From an uncultured Gammaproteobacteria bacterium (lineage in GTDB: Bacteria; Patescibacteriota; Microgenomatia; Levybacterales; UBA12049), in the NCBI GenBank assembly GCA_964564035.1, contig CAZLZN010000006.1, positions 1 to 55,393 on the forward strand: a DNA stretch of 55,393 nucleotides. The letters are read 5' to 3'. The position numbers and the translations under genes are program-made. The notes under the pieces are model-generated. The model was not told the DNA's origin. It did no database searches and saw only the letters and a list, made by a program, of their open reading frames with translations. Positions 53,390-55,393 of this stretch are shown here, piece by piece. Within the stretch, counting starts at the first letter, position 1. Each line of letters begins with the position of its first letter.

Positions 53390-53913
53390 AAGTAATTTTG
53401 GTAATGGTCGCCTCAATCGACGGCAAAACAACAAGCTGGCACGCGCCCTCTGTCCCCGAATGGACATCAAAAGAGGATAAATTGCACTTCAGGAATGTTA
53501 TTTTAAAAAACAAACTGATAATAATGGGCCGTAAAACATACGCGGACTCAAACTCGCAGTTTCAAAACTCACCGGGCAAATTGCGCATAATTATGACATC
53601 CCGTCCCGAAAAATTTAAAAACATATCAGTTCCCGGTATGCTGGAATTTACAAGTGAAAATCCCGACGCACTCATTCAAAGATTATCTGAAAAAGGCTAC
53701 AAAGAGGCCGTTTTAGCCGGAGGAGCAGAAATCAACAGCCTTTTTTTAGCGTCAAATTTAATAAATGAGATTTGGCTAACTGTCGAGCCTGTAATTTTAG
53801 GCAAAGGCAACGGACTTATCTCGCCGCTTGAGATCACAAAACATTTCAAACTCAAAAGCGCAAAAAAACTAAATAAAAACGGCACTATGTTATTTAAATA
53901 CGTCGCGCTATGA
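53386..53913 (+). CDS. RibD C-terminal-domain / dihydrofolate-reductase-like NADPH reductase
   Basis: MKVILVMVASIDGKTT...LIIMGRKTY...LRIIMTS...AVLAGGAEINSLFL...IWLTVEPVILGKG. The start overlaps the yhhQ stop (ATGA). Confidence 0.75.
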   Translation: MKVILVMVASIDGKTTSWHAPSVPEWTSKEDKLHFRNVILKNKLIIMGRKTYADSNSQFQNSPGKLRIIMTSRPEKFKNISVPGMLEFTSENPDALIQRLSEKGYKEAVLAGGAEINSLFLASNLINEIWLTVEPVILGKGNGLISPLEITKHFKLKSAKKLNKNGTMLFKYVAL

Positions 53914-54656
53914 AAGTAAGACCGGTTAAAACACAAAAAATAACTCCGGGGAATGATCTGTATGGAGTTCTGAATGACTCAATTGCGCGTCTTCCCGAAA
54001 ATTCTGTGCTGGCAATCACCTCCAAGATTATCTCCCTTTGCGAGAATAATGTAGTCAAAATCGGAAGCATCGACAAAGACGATTTGATACATGATCAGGC
54101 CGATTTCTATCTCCCTGTCGACAAAGCCTACAACATAAACTTGACTATCAAAAACAACATTCTTATCCCAAGTGCCGGAATAGACGAATCAAACGGCAAT
54201 GGCTATTACATTTTATGGCCCGAAGATCCTCAGAAGTCCGCCAATGAGATCAAGGAGTACCTCACGAAGAAATTTAAATTAAATAACTTAGGAATTATAA
54301 TAGTCGACAGCAAAACAACGCCTCTCCGCTGGGGAGTGACAGGAACTGCGCTTGCGCACAGCGGTTTTACCGCGCTGATTGATTATACCGGAAAACTGGA
54401 TATTTTCGGTCGCAAATTTAAATTCGAAAAAGCCAATATAGCCGATTCGCTGGCAGTTGCCGCCGTTGCCGTGATGGGTGAGGGGAGCGAGCAGACACCT
54501 ATTGCTCTGATCGAAGATATCCCGTTTGTAGAATTCCAAAGCGGAAATCCGACAGACGCCGAGCTTGAAAATCTCAAAATCGATATGAAAAATGATTTAT
54601 ACAAAGAGCTCCTGACGTCGGTCAAATGGAAGCGGGGAAAAGGCGGCGGAAAATAA
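53910..54656 (+). CDS. CofE-like (F420-0:gamma-glutamyl ligase family) protein
   Basis: VLAITSKIISLCENNVV and IIIVDSKTTPLRWGVTGTALAHSGF resemble CofE/FbiB N-domain blocks. The start overlaps the previous stop (ATGA). Confidence 0.7.
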   Translation: MKVRPVKTQKITPGNDLYGVLNDSIARLPENSVLAITSKIISLCENNVVKIGSIDKDDLIHDQADFYLPVDKAYNINLTIKNNILIPSAGIDESNGNGYYILWPEDPQKSANEIKEYLTKKFKLNNLGIIIVDSKTTPLRWGVTGTALAHSGFTALIDYTGKLDIFGRKFKFEKANIADSLAVAAVAVMGEGSEQTPIALIEDIPFVEFQSGNPTDAELENLKIDMKNDLYKELLTSVKWKRGKGGGK

Positions 54657-54661
54657 TTGTC

Positions 54662-55204
54662 TCAGTTTTGGATAGCGAATATCCCAATTTCTAAAATTTC
54701 ATCTGAACCGGAGCTTATGTTTTCAAATCTGACCGGATTGGAATTTATTGTCTTATATCCGGCAGGCAAATTGACCAGTACGTCTATGTTCAAATTTTGC
54801 GCTCCATTGGCACCGATACCGGCAAAATCATATCTGAAATAACCGTTTGCATCGCTGATTACTGTCGTTAAGATATTGTTGTTTATTTCCATGTCTCCGC
54901 TTTTTTTGTCCGTTTGCGCGATTTCGATACTTATATTCCCGCCTCCTGATTCATTGTATTCCCGGGTTCCATTTTGGTTTTCATCCAGGTAAATATAGCC
55001 TCGCAAATAACCACCTTCAGTCACGATATTATTGCTCTCCGCTGAGGCGCGCTGTCTGATATCCTGTTTTTCATTGGACGCGAATATAAACAGCGGTATG
55101 CTCAAAATTATAGTCAGGGTAATAAATATCCCGATTATAGAGGCGTGTGAAGTAACCGGTTTGACAGCTTCCTGCATATATTTACTAGTATTGTATTTCG
55201 TCAT
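54662..55204 (-). CDS. Secreted/anchored protein with SdrD-B/Cna-B-like beta-sandwich
   Basis: N-terminal TM. GYIYLDENQNGTREYNESGGGNISIEI...DANGYFRYDF matches the SdrD B-like repeat pattern. Confidence 0.55.
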   Translation of the reverse strand: MTKYNTSKYMQEAVKPVTSHASIIGIFITLTIILSIPLFIFASNEKQDIRQRASAESNNIVTEGGYLRGYIYLDENQNGTREYNESGGGNISIEIAQTDKKSGDMEINNNILTTVISDANGYFRYDFAGIGANGAQNLNIDVLVNLPAGYKTINSNPVRFENISSGSDEILEIGIFAIQN

Positions 55205-55393
55205 TGTTCTATTGTTAGCAATTTATCTTAGTTTGATAAACCAGTATCAATTATGAATGGATTTAGCAAAGATTAACGAAATACAGTACTAGTCTGGCAA
55301 ACGCCGCGTGTTTTGTCAACAACGCTGTTGAGATAAGCTTGTGCAGGGGTCAGCACATGGTATACACTTTCGGCAACCCCCGGTTAAACCGGA

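Noticed and set aside
55205-55393. The non-coding right end of the window (possible ncRNA or promoter).
   Set aside because: No recognisable tRNA, tmRNA, RNase P or SRP motifs were seen, and the region is too short and truncated to interpret.
1-55393. Alternative genetic code (UGA sense, as in some CPR lineages).
   Set aside because: Conserved genes such as mreB end at TGA at the expected length, and all conserved proteins are full length under the standard code.

Overview
The window looks like a compact bacterial chromosome segment read with the standard code (TGA ends conserved genes such as mreB). Gene content and style suggest a Patescibacteria/CPR-like (Microgenomates-like) organism; this is an inference, not a search result. 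I call about 55 CDS and five tRNAs: Pro-CGG, Arg-CCU, Ser-UGA, Cys-GCA and Ile-GAU. Recognisable genes are mreB, tagA/wecG-like, two GT4 glycosyltransferases, otsA, dtd, galT-like, glmS, a WbaP-type sugar transferase, and a yhhQ / RibD_C-like / CofE-like operon. The secE-nusG-rplK-rplA ... rplJ-rplL cluster is interrupted. Five secreted glycan-active enzymes carry Pro/Thr linkers and interchangeable C-terminal modules (PA14 twice, a novel Cys-loop plus amphipathic-helix tail twice, one beta-sandwich). The left end holds a surface-protein cluster resembling the Firmicute WxL/DUF916 (Csc) clusters. The most interesting region is 40.8-43.9 kb. An AT-rich island sits on a tRNA-Ser gene. On one side is a stack of three small GIY-YIG nuclease genes separated by 5' fragments of that same tRNA. 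On the other side is a decayed 3' remnant whose acceptor arm complements one of the 5' fragments. The island also carries a nuclease / unknown / membrane-protein module. A similar ORF-less tRNA 5'-fragment duplication sits at tRNA-Ile. Intergenic DNA, and one coding loop, is full of 7- and 8-bp-periodic tandem arrays, including 8 perfect TAGGGCT units. No rRNA or CRISPR array was seen. All functional calls rest on motif recognition by eye.
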